DNA of 59,805 nt from Octopus bimaculoides (GCF_001194135.2 NC_068987.1:39216614-39276418), one strand, 5' to 3'; counted from the stretch's first letter, positions 22,357-35,724 are shown. Made by a program: numbers and translations. The notes: generated by a model from the letters alone, not told the origin.

Positions 22357-24965
22357 CAATTTGATGGAAAACTGTTGAATAGATCAAGACAGATCAATGC
22401 GAAGCACACCATTTATGATGGCTAGACATTATGACACAAATCGACAGATAAAACAATCCAGTCAATTTGCAAAGAATACATTGACGAAGGAAATCCAAGA
22501 CTATTCAATGTAGCATTAAACTTTAGGCATGACATAATACAATAATAAGCAGATGAATGTATTTTATGGTATATCTACAAATGTTTCATTAACAGATTTT
22601 GTTGTGATGAAACACCATAAAAGTAGGCATGTACAGATGTACAAAATTCAAAAGATTACACAATATATTACATGTAATCTTCAGGTTATATCATAACTGA
22701 AATGGGTAAATAATGATTTGCTGCTAAGTTGAAGTAAATACAGCAAATAAAATCAAAATAAGAATCTATCTCTGTTATAGCAAGAGTACGACACCCTCAG
22801 ATGAGAATAGATGGGACCACTATATATAAATAGTAGCAGTCTGACGTAGTTGGCAGTTCATAGTTTGGTCTTCGAAGTCCAAGTACAGTTCAAGTTAGTG
22901 TATTGGAAATATTGATTGTTGGTTCATAAAAGATTATTGGTTTGTTACGTGTTTGTTAGTGCTACTGTTTCTATTTTGTATTGTTATAATACTGTTACTG
23001 TGTATTCTTTATCTAACATTGACAATATCAATCGTACTACGATATTGGAAGCATAAGGATATAACATCTGGTGATGAGGATTTTTCGAAGCTCAATTAGG
23101 TTATTTGACAATTGGTGCATCATACAAATTGTTAAATTATGAAGAGCCTATTAGCTGCAGTAATACATCTTCAAGAGAAGCAACAGGAACAATTACAGAA
23201 GTTACAGAAGCAAATATTACAACAACAACAGTTAATTGAGTTACAGTCAAAGAAGTCCAAAAATTCGGTAAGTTCATTTACACCAGACAGCATGGTGAAC
23301 TTGATTTCTGAATTCAATTATAATCCGGAGGAGGTTAATACATTTCCTGCATACTATAGAAGGTATGAAGAAATTTTTAACAAAGATTGCAAGTCATGGT
23401 TGGATGAGGAGAAAGTGAGGCTATTACTATGCAAGGTAGCTCCGGCCATGTATTAACGCTACTGTAACTTTTTATTGCCCAAAAAGTTGAGTGAGATGTG
23501 TTGCCAAGAAACTATTGAATTACTATCAAAGATTTTTTTGTGACAAAAGTTTGTAATTTAACACTCAAATGGAGTGTTAGAACTTAACAAAAAAAAATGA
23601 CGATATTACATACACTGGAGTAGTCAACTGTATGTGTGAAAACTTCAAACTTCAGAAACTCACTCAGGACATGTTTAAATCCCTTATCTTTGTACAAGGC
23701 CTTACGGCAACCGAAGATAGAGAAATTCAGGCAAGAATTCTCTCAAAGATGGAGCAAGTGAACCAAGACTTAACCCTACAGATCATTGCAGAAGAATGTC
23801 AAACAATGAAGCACAATGGGAAAAATATTCAAGAGAAAGATTCTGCATAAATACAGATGTGTTGACCCAGAAAGTACAACCAAAAAAGAGTGCCAGGCCT
23901 CAATCCATGTTACAGCTGTGGAGACTTACACTAAAGAGAAAAGGGTGTCCATTTAAAAACTGAAAATGCTATAGTTGTCAGAAACTTGGTCACAAGAGTC
24001 CACACTGCAGGACAAGATTATGAGTGTTGAACACAAAAAGGTCGAAGGTGTTTTCAGCAGAAAGTGAATACGACACAAAAACAAGAAAATTCATAAACGT
24101 AAAAATAAATGGTGTAAATATCAAACTTCAGTTGGATACAGGTAGTGATATTTCAATCATAAATTGCATGTGGTATGACAGGCAATAAATTACATTTCAT
24201 GGGAAAAATGTGTACAGACATCCCATTTCAAGGAGAAACATGCAGAGAAATAATATCCATTGTGGAGAATACAATCAATCTGTTTAGCACAGACTGGTTG
24301 GAGTTACTTGATGTATGGCACCTCCCCATAAGTTTCTACTGCAAAAACATAAATGGTTGTCCCGTTAAAAATAAATCATCTAAGGAATTGAAGAGAAAAT
24401 TGATAAAGATGTTTCCTCAAGTACTATCGGAGGACTTAGGTCCATGTAAAAAGACTGAAGCCTACTTTCAAGTAAGTGAAAATGCTGTTCCTGTATTTAA
24501 ATCTAACAGAAAAGTACTGTTCGCGGGAACTGAAATCGTAAATGAAAAGACTGGAAAAGAGTGGAATTATGAAAAAGGTGAATTACTCTAAGTGGGTGGC
24601 ACCCACGGTGTGCATTAAAAAGAAAAATAATACGATTAGGTTATGTGTCAATTTCTCTACAGGATTGAACAACTGCTTAAAGACATGCCACCATCCACTC
24701 CTGACTCTAGAGGACATTTTTGCAAAATTAAATGGAAAAATTTTCTCCAAATTCGATCTGTCTGACACTTATTTACAGATTAAAGTAAATAACAGCAACA
24801 TTCGTCCTAAACCAGGGCTGTGATGTTATGTTGGCAAACAATCTTTACTCCAAAGTACTGTTGCTGAATATCTCTCGTTGTGAGATTTACAAATAGTAAT
24901 TTTTCTAATTTATTGATCAGTGACTAGTTGTCACTTTGAAAACTATATATTTCAAATGGGAATTT

Positions 24966-27900
24966 GGCAGCGCCACCTTTACCCGAACAGTTTTTCCTCT
25001 GTTACACCTCAATCTTTTCATTTGCTACCCAACGTTACGTGAGTTCGTTTCTGTCTGTGTTTTTGTTGTTTGTGATACTGTACATTTATTTGAACTGTTG
25101 TCTTTTGACAAACAGTAATTTTTGCCCTACGGGGCAGAAAATATCTGAACATTGTTTTTTGTGAACTGTTAACCTTTACGGGTTATTTTTGAAATTTTTG
25201 TAATTTGTGACAAGTTCTAATTATGGATTTCGACCTCACATCAAACAAAGATTTTCCCGAGATGGGAGGAAGTAAAAACAACAACGAAAATACAAAGGAC
25301 ACCCAAGACAAGCAAAGTTTTCCAGCTGCCGTGGGTAGAAATGTCATTGAACTGGAAGTAGCCATGGACAAGCTCTTCCAGTTCAGAAGTTTAATTGAAA
25401 AAACAAAAAACAGTGATGAAACAAAATTGGTACCACCCCTTGAAACTGTTCAGGCGATTTGGGAAAAAACTGTAGTCTACAAGGTCTACAGCATTAAGGA
25501 TAAACAAATTATGGAAGTCAAAAATGAAGTTGTTGAGTGGTGCATGCAACCAATTTGGAACAAGGAGTAAGAAGTGCTACAATAGAAGCACATTTCAAGT
25601 CGGCTAGCGTAGCGAAAGAAATTTTGACTCAAACACTAAAAAACGAGGAGGTTATGCTGCTGCCCACATACCTGGGCTGCAGAACAGCGAAAGTGACGGT
25701 TGAGGAAATACTTGTAGGCTATGAAGTCATTGGTTCCTTTTTCCTCATGCTTAGGATTGATAATTTCCCTTCTACGTCAAATATAACCGCTGCTGCTACC
25801 CACATGACTAAGGGGAGTGTTGAGGAAGCAGGCAGACAAAAACTGCCATGCTCCCTCTCGCAACCGTGAGTAGAAAATTTTTTTTTTCTTTTTCGTTGAT
25901 GATTAAGTTAGGTTGTATAAATGTGTGTGGAATGGGGTTGAGATGGAAACAAGCTTGTTTCCTGAACGACCTCAGGACACATAGAACAGATGTGGCTATT
26001 GTAACCGAGTCCAAGATGAGTGGACCTCAAGCATTCTTGCCTCTTCTGAATGGTTACAAGAAATTTATTTCTTCTAGCCGGGGAAGAGGTGCAGGCATGG
26101 CAGTCCTTATCAAGAAGAGCTTGAACTTACAGGTAAGTACTGTCTTTCTGGACCCGGAAGGTAGGCTGGTTGTCCTGGATGTGACTCACGTGAGTAAGCA
26201 GTCCTTCAGATTGGTAGCTGTCTATGATCCTAAGGAGTGTAGGTAGTCTGGTTTTTATCGAGACCTGGAGCACTTTCTAGTGACATCTAAAATGGTAGTT
26301 CTGGTAGGGGACTTCAAACACTATCCTCGATGCGCGGGTCAATAGTGTGGGTTCGACTGATAGGAGGGGAAATCCAGGCCTCAAGAGTCTGCTAGAGAGC
26401 TATAGTCTAGTAGACTGTTACCGACTGGATGAGCCAAGCATTCCACAGTGGACATGGAGTAACAACGACAGCTCACGCAGATCATACCTAGACAGGGTAT
26501 TTGTTAGGGAAAAAGATAAGAATACTGTTAGCTGTCCACAATTCTGTATTGTGCCTTACACTGATCACAAACTTGTGACATGTGAGGTACATATAGATAA
26601 ATGTCATAGACAGGGACCTGGGTACTGGAAGCTGAACAAGTCTGTTTTGACTTGTGAAGCCTTCCGTACCTGGGTTAAGGTGTTAGTACAGAGGGCATTA
26701 TGTGGCACCATCATTAATAATAGATGGTGGCATGCCCTCAAAAGAGCCATCCATTTGGAGTCCATTAGATTTAGCAAGCAGCTAAGTTTAGATAAGACTA
26801 GAATAGAGGGCGATTTAGTTAAGAACTTAGACGAGGCAATGGAATCTGGCTCTGCATCTAGAGTGCAAGTGGCGAGAACGGTCTTGTACCGTCACCTCAA
26901 CCCCAAGTACGAAGGTTGCAGTGTTAGAGCTAAACTACATGCAGGGAGATGAGAAGGTATTAACTGGATTCCCAGTTCTGTGAGCTGGGGAGTAGTGACG
27001 CTGGCCCAGAAAGACCCAAGCAAGGGGGATAGTATTAGTAATTACAAGCCCATAACTCTACTTAATGTAGAGTTAAAGATTTTGGCCAAGGTGTTAGTGA
27101 AAAGGTTGACGGCTGTCACGGAGAAACTTGTAGGGAAGGCACAGACATGTACAATCCCAAGCAGTTGGAGCCAGGATAATCTTCAACTTCTCCGCTACAC
27201 CTTAGACAGGGCTGGGAAATTAGTTGGCAAAGGTGGGGCATTGGTCCATTAAGACCAAAGTAAAGCGTTCGATAGGGTAGACCATCGGTACCTCGAGACA
27301 GTCGTTTTCGATCAAGCGTTCAGTTCATTAAGGGTGTCCCTTGTCTCCGTTTCTGTACATGTTGGCTCTTGAGCCATTGCTGCGGAAGTTGGAGAAGTTA
27401 GGTGGCAACCCTAATGAAATTGGATGCAGTAAGTCTGTTTCTGCTTATGCGGATGATGTCACCTTCATCGTGTCCAACGAAGCACAGCTACCACATGTGG
27501 AAGATGCTCTCAGAGGATATGAAACGGTGGCAGGGGCAAAAGTTAACAAGGACAAGTCCATCGGCTTGTGCCTCAGCACCTGGAGGAACAAGTCGATATC
27601 GTCCAGTGTTGTGGGACACTGGACAGATGGTCCGGTTAAGTTACTTGGAGTTTGGTTTGGCCCAGACTCTCAGACGAGAGAAGAATTGGAGTGAGGCAGT
27701 GGACAAGGTAGAGGCCATAGTATGGAAGTGGTCCGGAAGGCTTCTGTCCTTGAAGGGGAAGGCGGGGGTGGTACATGTGTTTATGGCATCTGTAATCACC
27801 TACTGCCTGTCCGTCGTGCCTTGCCCTGATTCATGGCTAAACAAGTTGGAATGACGCCTTTTTTGCTTTTTGTGGAAGGGAGGAAAGCCACTTGTGAGGC

Positions 27901-29015
27901 GCTCTGTTTGCTGCCAGGGACCGTTAAAGGGTGGGCTGGGAATGCCTTGGCCAATGATGCGCAGACATGCGTTGAGGCTGAGACATCTCTGGTGCCACCT
28001 GGAGGGTGATAAGGTGTAGAGTCCGCTGGCAGGGGAGTTCTTCCCGCGACTGGCCTCTATGGAGAGATTTAAACCCAGTTTCTTTAAAGGATGTAATCTG
28101 GCAGAAGGAGTGCCGACGGGCAAGGCCAGCAGCAGGAATACCATCTCGGTGTTCTATAGAGGGCTGGTAGAGGCAAAAAATGATGACGTCCTAGGAGGGG
28201 CTCTGGGGTTCGATGAGAACCAGCTTACCAACCTGTTCAAAAAAACTTTCAGGCTGGGGTACTTGGATAACTTCCAAAAATCTCTGACCTGGCAGTGCTA
28301 CAGGAATGCTTTACCTGTTTGCAATAAGTTATCCAGACACGGAATGTCAGTGCCATCGACATGTCCAAAATGTGGGCTTGACGATGAAACCATCCAGCAC
28401 GCTTTTGTACACTGTTGGGAGCTGTCTAGCTTGATAAGTTACGCTGAACACGTGTTGTCGCATCTGGGATGAGTACAGCTGTCGGCTGGATCTATGATTA
28501 AGATGATACTGCCAACTGGACTCTCAAAGGAAGGTGAGGCTTGTTTTTACTGTATGGTTGCTGTACTGAAAGAATGTATTTGGAGGACAAGAATGGAAGG
28601 TTTCGTGACAGGGTCCTTCGTCTCTGGCCCCGGTTTGCTAGCGTACTTCAGATACCATCTGAAGAGCAAGATGGGGTTGGAAAGGAAGAACCTGCCACTG
28701 AGTGAATATGAGAAATGATGGAAGGATGTGATGAGAAAGGTGGGTGTCAGTAACCCAGCTTAATCATCGATGAAAGGAAAGTTAGTTGCTGGGCCTTATA
28801 GGCTGCCGGGTTCTGTTTTTTTAAAACTTTTATTCTTTTTCTTTCTTTGTTTTTTTTTTAAAGAAAAAGTTCTCTTTAAAGGCAAAAGTAATAATATTAA
28901 TTAAATTATATCACAATTAAATTTTTAAATGCTATATTCGAACTCATTTAACATTTTTGTATTTGTTTGTCCTGTAATGTCCTTTCTTTGTTTTGATCAT
29001 TATGATTGTAATAAA
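24966..29015 (+). mobile_element. Near full-length Tx1/L1-clade LINE, disrupted
   Basis: ORF1-like 25223-25870; ORF2 MIKLGCINVCG..AIVTESK (APE), NYKPITLLNVELKILAK, YADDVT, CPKCGLDDETIQHAFVHC; AATAAA at the 3' end; possible GAATTT TSD at 24960-24965 and 29016-29021. Confidence 0.9.
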
Positions 29016-29041
29016 GAATTTACCTCTAGCTGAACAATTAT

Positions 29042-29086
29042 TCTGTGCTGATAAAGGGAAATAACCCAGAAATCGCGATACACAGA
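29042..29086 (+). ncRNA. Minimal type I hammerhead ribozyme (core G8-to-A variant)
   Basis: TCTGTG CTGATAA A GGG AAATAA CCC A GAAA TCGCGA T A CACAGA: 6-bp stem I, GGG/CCC stem II, palindromic ATCGCGAT stem III. Confidence 0.75.
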
Positions 29087-30544
29087 TATTGTTTTGAGCT
29101 GAATGGGGGTGCTAGATTCCCTTGTTCGAAAATATAAGGACACAGATCATGTCATATCGCCAGCTAGAGACAATGTCTCCTGGGGCTAAATTACAGCAAC
29201 ATTTGTCCAAATCCAGGACTGCCATGTTATGTGGGCAAACAATCTTTACTCCTACAACATTGGCGTATGATATTACTAAATTACAATTTCAAAATGCAGT
29301 ATATTCCATCGAACAAATTGATCATGTGGACTGTCTATTGAGACTAATTCCCCAAAATTCAGAACCTCTAGAAGATACTGCAATAGCTGCACTGCAGGCA
29401 GAAAATGAAATAAAAAGTATTACGACTAATGTTATCCAAGAACTGCCAGTGACTGCACGGGATATAAGAATGAAATCTGTAGGCAATGAGTATATTACAA
29501 AAATGAAAGAAGCTTTAGAAAATAACCAGAATATAAATACAAATTCAATTAGTTTCTCAATATGCAATGATATTCTGAGTTGTAGTACCGACTACATTAC
29601 AAAAATGTGTATTGCAGCAATTCCACAGTGGATACCTGGGAATGTTGAGGATGAAAGCTCTGATGAGGAGCTATGTCTGTTGGCTGACTCTGGACTGGGA
29701 TATTGAAAATTTGGTGAGAACTTGTTGAGGTTGTGTGCTCGCAGCCAAAGCCTCGCTGGTAAAATATCAATCATGGCCGGAGACTGATAACCCATGGTTT
29801 CATATCAACTATGCTGAACCAGTGAATAGCACTTACTATCTAATTGTGGTAGACAGCTGTACAAAGTGGCCAGAGGTAGACAGATGCAATAAACCAACTG
29901 CTAAGACAACTATAAAGCTCCTGTATGAATTGTTTGTGCAATAGGTGTTCCAGACACATTAGTTTCTGATATTGGAATGCAATTCTCTGGGTATTAATTC
30001 AAGAACTTCTGTAAAATGCATGCAATAGATCATATTTTCACTCCACCCTACCATCCGAGGAATGAATTAAGTAATGATGAAGCACAACTAAAATTCTTAA
30101 GGGTGCCACCCACAGAGTTGATGTTGACAAGAAGAATAAAATCAATTTTTGATAAGTTATTGCCAGAGAAAAAAGATGTAAAGGAAATACAAAAACAGCA
30201 ACGAAATATTTCGAAGTAGGTGATAAAGTTCATTTTAGAACCTGCAGAAATGGTAAAGAAAGCTGAGATGATGGCCTTGTAACTATAAAAATAGGAAGTA
30301 TGATGTATTTAATTAAAGGACTACACTGGGAACATAAGAGACACATAAATCAGCTAAAGAAGAGACATAGCGAAGAATGGAGAGAAATTCCTATGCAAAT
30401 ATTTTTTGATGTATTTGATGTCCCAGCACCGAAAGTAATGGAGTCCCATACAACCAACATGAGAAAATGGAAGCAGATTGAACACCTTGAGATAAAGCCC
30501 AAGTGAAAAAGATACTAAAATGTCGATGTCTTGCAAACAACTTG

Positions 30545-31065
30545 CACATGCAAGTGCTACCAGTCAAGAACTCCACATACCGGAAGCCAGCAAGTATATG
30601 GGGTCATCAGGAGAGAATGCGCGCCGTTTCGGGGCCTACTTCTCGACGGCATCAAGGCGCACTGGCCCCCCTCATTGATATGAGGCCCCGCTTGCTAGAT
30701 CAACTGGTTATTAAAAAAAAGCCCAATATGTCTCTAGCCATCGCTCATCGTTTCTTTTTAACCAAATCCAGTGGCTAGCCTTCTCCACTGTAGTTTGGAT
30801 ATCACTCATGGTGGTATTTACCTTACGATGAGTTAGGCCTAACGATAACAGCAGTCGTCTCACATTGTGTCCTACAAACCCTCTACATCCAACTTCGATT
30901 GGAAAATGCTCTGCTTTCCAGCCTGCATCTTCACATTTCATCTGTCCTTGTTGACTACATCTGATCAAATAAAGCTCTCTTCTCTCTGCTTCTCTTGTTT
31001 TGATGCTGTTGCTAACAACAGATCTGCGTTTGCTCCGCAACATACTGCAGTCACTTCCCAATAGC
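30545..31065 (-). mobile_element. Inverted, internally deleted 3' end of a HERO/NeSL-like RLE LINE
   Basis: LYLIRCSQQGQM joined to KCEDAGWKAEHFPIEVGCRGFVG..KASHWIWLKR, then 3' UTR. Confidence 0.85.
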
Positions 31066-31072
31066 CAGGCCA

Positions 31073-33172
31073 GCGGATCCGTTTCAAGAAGAAGACCAAG
31101 AAACTTCCTGTGAGAGATGAAAAGTGGAACGGCTACTTGGAAGTGACTGCAGTATGGCGTTTCATATAAAGTTTATGAATATTGCAATCGTCTGCGAAAG
31201 AAGCTCTTTGTTCTACTCCGACAACTGTGGCAAGAAGAGACTCTAGTAGGAGATTAGCGTAAGGCAGAAGGTATATACCTGCTCTAGGAGGTCAATGCAA
31301 AGACTTTAAACCAGTTTAGGCCGATATCCTTATTGAATGTGGAAGGCAAGATCTTTATGGGAATTCTTTCGAGGAGAACAGTGACATATTTACAGAATAA
31401 CGGGTATGTTGATGAGTCTGTTCAAAAAGCCGGAATCCCTGGGATCCCTGGATGCGTTGAACACTGTTTTTCGATTTGGAAAGCGATCCAGGATGCCAAA
31501 CAGAACAAGAGAAGTCTGAACGTGGTATGGCTTGACCTAGCTAATGCATATGGCTCAGTGCCACACGAATTACTGATAAGAGCCATGGACCACTTCCACA
31601 TTCCAGACAAAGTGATCAAAATAATGAGAATGTAATATGACAGTTTCGAAATGAGGTTTACAGCTGGAGATTTTACAACAGATTGGCACTGATTGGAGAT
31701 TGGCATTGCTGCTGGCCGTACAANNNNNNNNNNNNNNNNNNNNNNNNNNNNNNNNNNNNNNNNNNNNNNNNNNNNNNNNNNNNNNNNNNNNNNNNNNNNN
31801 NNNNNNNNNNNNNNNNNNNNNNNNNNNNNNNNNNNNNNNNNNNNNNNNNNNNNNNNNNNNNNNNNNNNNNNNNNNNNNNNNNNNNNNNNNNNNNNNNNNN
31901 NNNNNNNNNNNNNNNNNNNNNNNNNNNNNNNNNNNNNNNNNNNNNNNNNNNNNNNNNNNNNNNNNNNNNNNNNNNNNNNNNNNNNNNNNNNNNNNNNNNN
32001 NNNNNNNNNNNNNNNNNNNNNNNNNNNNNNNNNNNNNNNNNNNNNNNNNNNNNNNNNNNNNNNNNNNNNNNNNNNNNNNNNNNNNNNNNNNNNNNNNNNN
32101 NNNNNNNNNNNNNNNNNNNNNNNNNTTTTAATATACGAGGTAGCCTTGTCACGAGTTCAGATCATTGAACAAAAATGTAATGTGTTCATTAGAAAGTGGC
32201 TAGGCCTACCTCGGATGTTGAACAGTTCAGCTCTTTATCGTAAAAGAGGTTCGTTGTAGTTACCACTAGCGTCAATAGTCGAAATATACAAACTAGAGAA
32301 AATACGGACGGTGATGATGCTGAGAGAATCGAAGGATACGGAAATCAGGCATAACCCACCAGAGGTGAAAACAGCCAGGAAGTGGAAAGCAGAAGCAGAG
32401 ACTGATGACACCTTGTCTTCTCTTATACACAGAGATATGGTGGGTGCAGCATAGAACCATCGGAGAGGACTTGCTTTTGGCGCAAATCAGTTCAGACCGT
32501 TTGCAGATATGATGTGGAGCGAACGCAGATCTGTTGTTAGCAACAGCGTCAAAACAAGAGAAGCAGAGAGAAGAGAGTTTCATTTGATCCGATGTAGTCA
32601 ACAAGGACAGATAAAGAGAGGAGAAGAACATATTGTTGAGAGGAAAATATGTTGGGATGAAATATGGAAGTGGACGACATCTCAGCTAAGTTTTCTGATT
32701 CATTCATCCTATGATGTTTTGCCGTCACCTATGAATCTCGTAAGATGGAACGTCTCAGAGAATGATATATGCGAATGCAGAAAGGTCGGAACACTGAAAC
32801 ATATTCTTTCCAACTGTTCCTTAGCATTGAATAGGTATACATGGAGACACAACCTGGTCCTGAAGGTTATCTTCAATGCTATGAAGAACCAAATTCATCT
32901 CAACAACACTGAGAAAACACCGTTGAAAGTACTATCTAGAGATTTTATTACCTTTGTACGCTCAAATCAGTGGGTCCATTTCAAGAAGAAGACCAAGAAA
33001 CTTCCTGTGAGAGGTGAAAAGTGGAATGGCTATTGAGAAGTGACTGCAGTACGGCATTTCATATAAAGTTTATCAATATTGCAATCGTCTGCGAAAGAAG
33101 TTTTTTGTTCTACTCCGACAACTGTGGCGCGAAGAGACTCTAGTAGAGGATTGGTGCAAGGCAGAAGGTATA
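31073..33172 (+). mobile_element. HERO/NeSL-like RLE LINE RT segment bounded by ~200-bp chimeric direct repeats
   Basis: FRPISLLNVEGKIF, VQKAGIPGIPGCVEH, WLDLANAYGSVPH, CECRKVGTLKHILSNC, WRHNLVL; repeats at ~31073-31278 and ~32971-33172. Confidence 0.88.
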
Positions 33173-33894
33173 TAATAATAGATAAAATTTCTTTATTCCT
33201 TCAGAACTTGAAATCTCAAAAGGGGAGATGTTGTGGCGAGAGTATGACACCCTCTAATGAGAATAGACAAGACCACTATATATAGATAGTAGCAGTCTGA
33301 CATAGTCGGCAGTTCCTAGTTTGGTCTTCGAAGTCCAGGTACAGTTCAAGTTAGTGTATTGTAAATATTGATTGTTGGTTTGTAAAAGATTGTTGATTCA
33401 TTTACTTGTTTGTTACTGCCACTGTTTCCATTTTGTATTGTTATAACACTGTTACAGTGTATTCTTTATCTAACGTTGACAATATGTACTATGATATTGG
33501 AGGTGTAAGGATATAACAATCTCTAATTCAAATATGGAAGTGAGCCGGTACACAATCAACCAAACAAAATTGTAGGCAGTTTAATTGAGAATTTCATTGT
33601 ACAATGGGTGTATCCACCAGCTGAGTTATTGTTGCATGTGGAAAGGGAATTTACCATCAGAGATTATGCAGAAAAGAAAAGGAAAAAAACTCCAAGTTAT
33701 TAATATTATCCATCCCACATAAAATTAAATATTCTGAGGATGAGCTGATAAATTTATAAGCTGACTAAGAAGGAGTGATACTAGAGCTGTGAAATACTGC
33801 ATGCATTAATTTAAATCCTCCTTATTAGTAACTGCATTGTTTCCTTCTAGGTAAACTAATATCTGACTGTTCAAAAGTAACTAGTAGCAACTTC

Positions 33895-34170
33895 TCTTGC
33901 AAATCGACAAAATTTGGCATTGCTGTGTTATCAAGTAGCTGCAGAAAAAGGCTGAAATGATTGCTACATTAGGGGATGACACTCCAGATTTATCAACAGT
34001 ACAAAAGTGAGCAGCTGAATTTAGGAGGTAACTGGCCCATGACAGGTGATTGAATATAAATCAGATAGCCAATGCTATCAGCATATCCTGTGAGAGAGTT
34101 GAGAATATTTTGCACAATGAACTTGCTCAGTGGGTGTCACAACTAATCAAAAGTGCACCAGGCTGATCAC
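33895..34170 (+). mobile_element. Mariner transposase N-terminal relic
   Basis: DKIWH..VIK..QKK, MIATLGDDTPDLSTVQK*AAEFRR, IANAISISCERVENILHNEL. Confidence 0.8.
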
Positions 34171-34329
34171 ATCACAGGAAAAAACATCTGGAAATTATTT
34201 TTTATTTTTTGTTTCAGTCCTTCAGCCTTGTTTGAACCTTTGACTGACCCAACTATATTTCCACTCAGAACATTTATGGGTGTATCCCACAATTTGAATA
34301 GTTCCATCCACTCTGTGCCGAATAAATTA

Positions 34330-35720
34330 AGTGAACTTTTTAACTCGTATATCTTTACCTTTTTCTTTTGACCTCGAAATGTTACATTACATATGAATTC
34401 ACCAAAAAGATATAATCTTTTTCCTGTAATGCCATGTGCTATCTTTTTAGGTTTAATTAATTTTGGCTTACCAACATATTTCCAAGTTTTTCGTTTATAA
34501 TGGTGATATCACTACCAGTGTCTAACTGCATTTTAATACTTGTATTTCTGATTTTTACCTTCACGAATTTCCTCATCGTTATATTACCAATTTCTTTCGA
34601 TGACATATTATTTATTCTTTTTCCTTTGTTCTGACATTTTATTATCTTCATTCTATAGTGTGTCTTTATATGTCCTGTATTTCCACAACAAAAGCACTCC
34701 GCTTTTTTAAATGGGAAATATTTCCTCAGGTGTATACCATCGCATGCAGAACATAGATTATTTCCTGGTTTTTGTTGTGTTTTATCTCTATTTTCTAACT
34801 ATTTTGAAATTGTTCTACTTGGAAACAATCTTTACGTTCAATTTCTCTGTATCATGTCTTAATTTGACTATCTTTTCACATTCTTCTGACTATTTCTGTA
34901 GGGTTACATCCTGGTTTTGCTTCAGCTTAGTGAGAATTCTTGTTCTTACTTCTGCGTCTTTTTCTGCAGCTAGTCACTGAGTAAATATCAGGCACTTGAA
35001 CATATCTGGTGTTAATTCATTCAGCTTGAACTTTTCACATTCCCTCTACCAGCATATGTAATGTGGTTTTCCTCGTAGTTCTTCCCTATGTTCAGACACT
35101 TCCAATATGTGTTGAACAATGAGCTTTTTTCACTGAAAATTTTACACAGTGTCTCTATTGGGTCATTGATGTTTATGTCTGAAGATTTTCTCAGGAGTAC
35201 ATAATTACTGTAACGTTCATGTTCTGCTGCTGCCAGTTTTCTTAAGGTTAAAACACGTCATCCCAATCTCGGCACTCTTTATTGAAGATTTGCTCATATC
35301 TTCTATAGTATGCCTGGGAGGTAACTCCTTCATCTGGTTCATATTTGAACTCTGTTATTGTGTTCACAACACAGTCTGATGAGAACATTTTTTTTCTGAA
35401 TTTCCTGACAACTTCATTAATTGCAGCATTTGTTGCTGTAATAGTAATTGTTGTTATTGTTGCTGTTTTTGCAACTCAAGCAAACAGGCCAACAAATTTC
35501 CATAATTTTTACAATTTCTTTTTTCGTAAAATTCGCACAACAAAATTTTGTAAGTTTGTTAACTTCTCATGAGTTGTTAATTCCTTGTAGAGTTTATTTA
35601 TTCCTCATGAGTTGCTTAAATCCTCGTTTAGTTTATTAATTCTTTGTGAGTTGTTTAAATCCTCGTTGCCATTGTTGTCACATGGGAGGGACATGCCATT
35701 ATTACTATATCCTATAACAT
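34330..35720 (-). mobile_element. Second Gypsy relic (LTR remnant, PBS, gag, protease)
   Basis: Minus-strand TGTTATAGG...GTGACAACA then TGGCAACGAGGA PBS; gag remnants; VKIRNTSIKMQLDTGSDITIINEK protease. Confidence 0.85.
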
Positions 35721-35724
35721 CCCT

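Larger units (their letters stand above)
24787..29252 (+). mobile_element. Small direct-repeat-bounded, hammerhead-containing element (retrozyme-like), split by a Tx1 LINE
   Basis: ~65-bp direct repeats at 24787-24851 and 29188-29252; removing Tx1 leaves a ~345-nt monomer plus a partial repeat; hammerhead at 29042-29086. Confidence 0.65.
22773..33518 (+). mobile_element. Complete but decayed Gypsy LTR retrotransposon with nested insertions
   Basis: 5' LTR 22773-23066 and 3' LTR 33229-33518 (TG...CA); ATCTC TSD at 22768-22772 and 33519-33523; PBS TGGTGATGAGGA; PPT AAAAGGGGAGA; gag (23139-), protease LQLDTGSDI, RT WVAPTV..RLCVNFSTGLN, LQHWRMILLNYNF and integrase remnants 29251-30500. Confidence 0.95.

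Noticed and set aside
30600-30650. GAAAC and CTGATGA motifs in the HERO-like 3' UTR (minus strand) as a hammerhead
   Set aside because: The putative stem II arms are both C-rich and cannot pair.
33830-33960. Minus-strand open frame LLDNTAMPNFVDLQEK... after a CAG acceptor
   Set aside because: Largely antisense to a mariner transposase start; no convincing donor.
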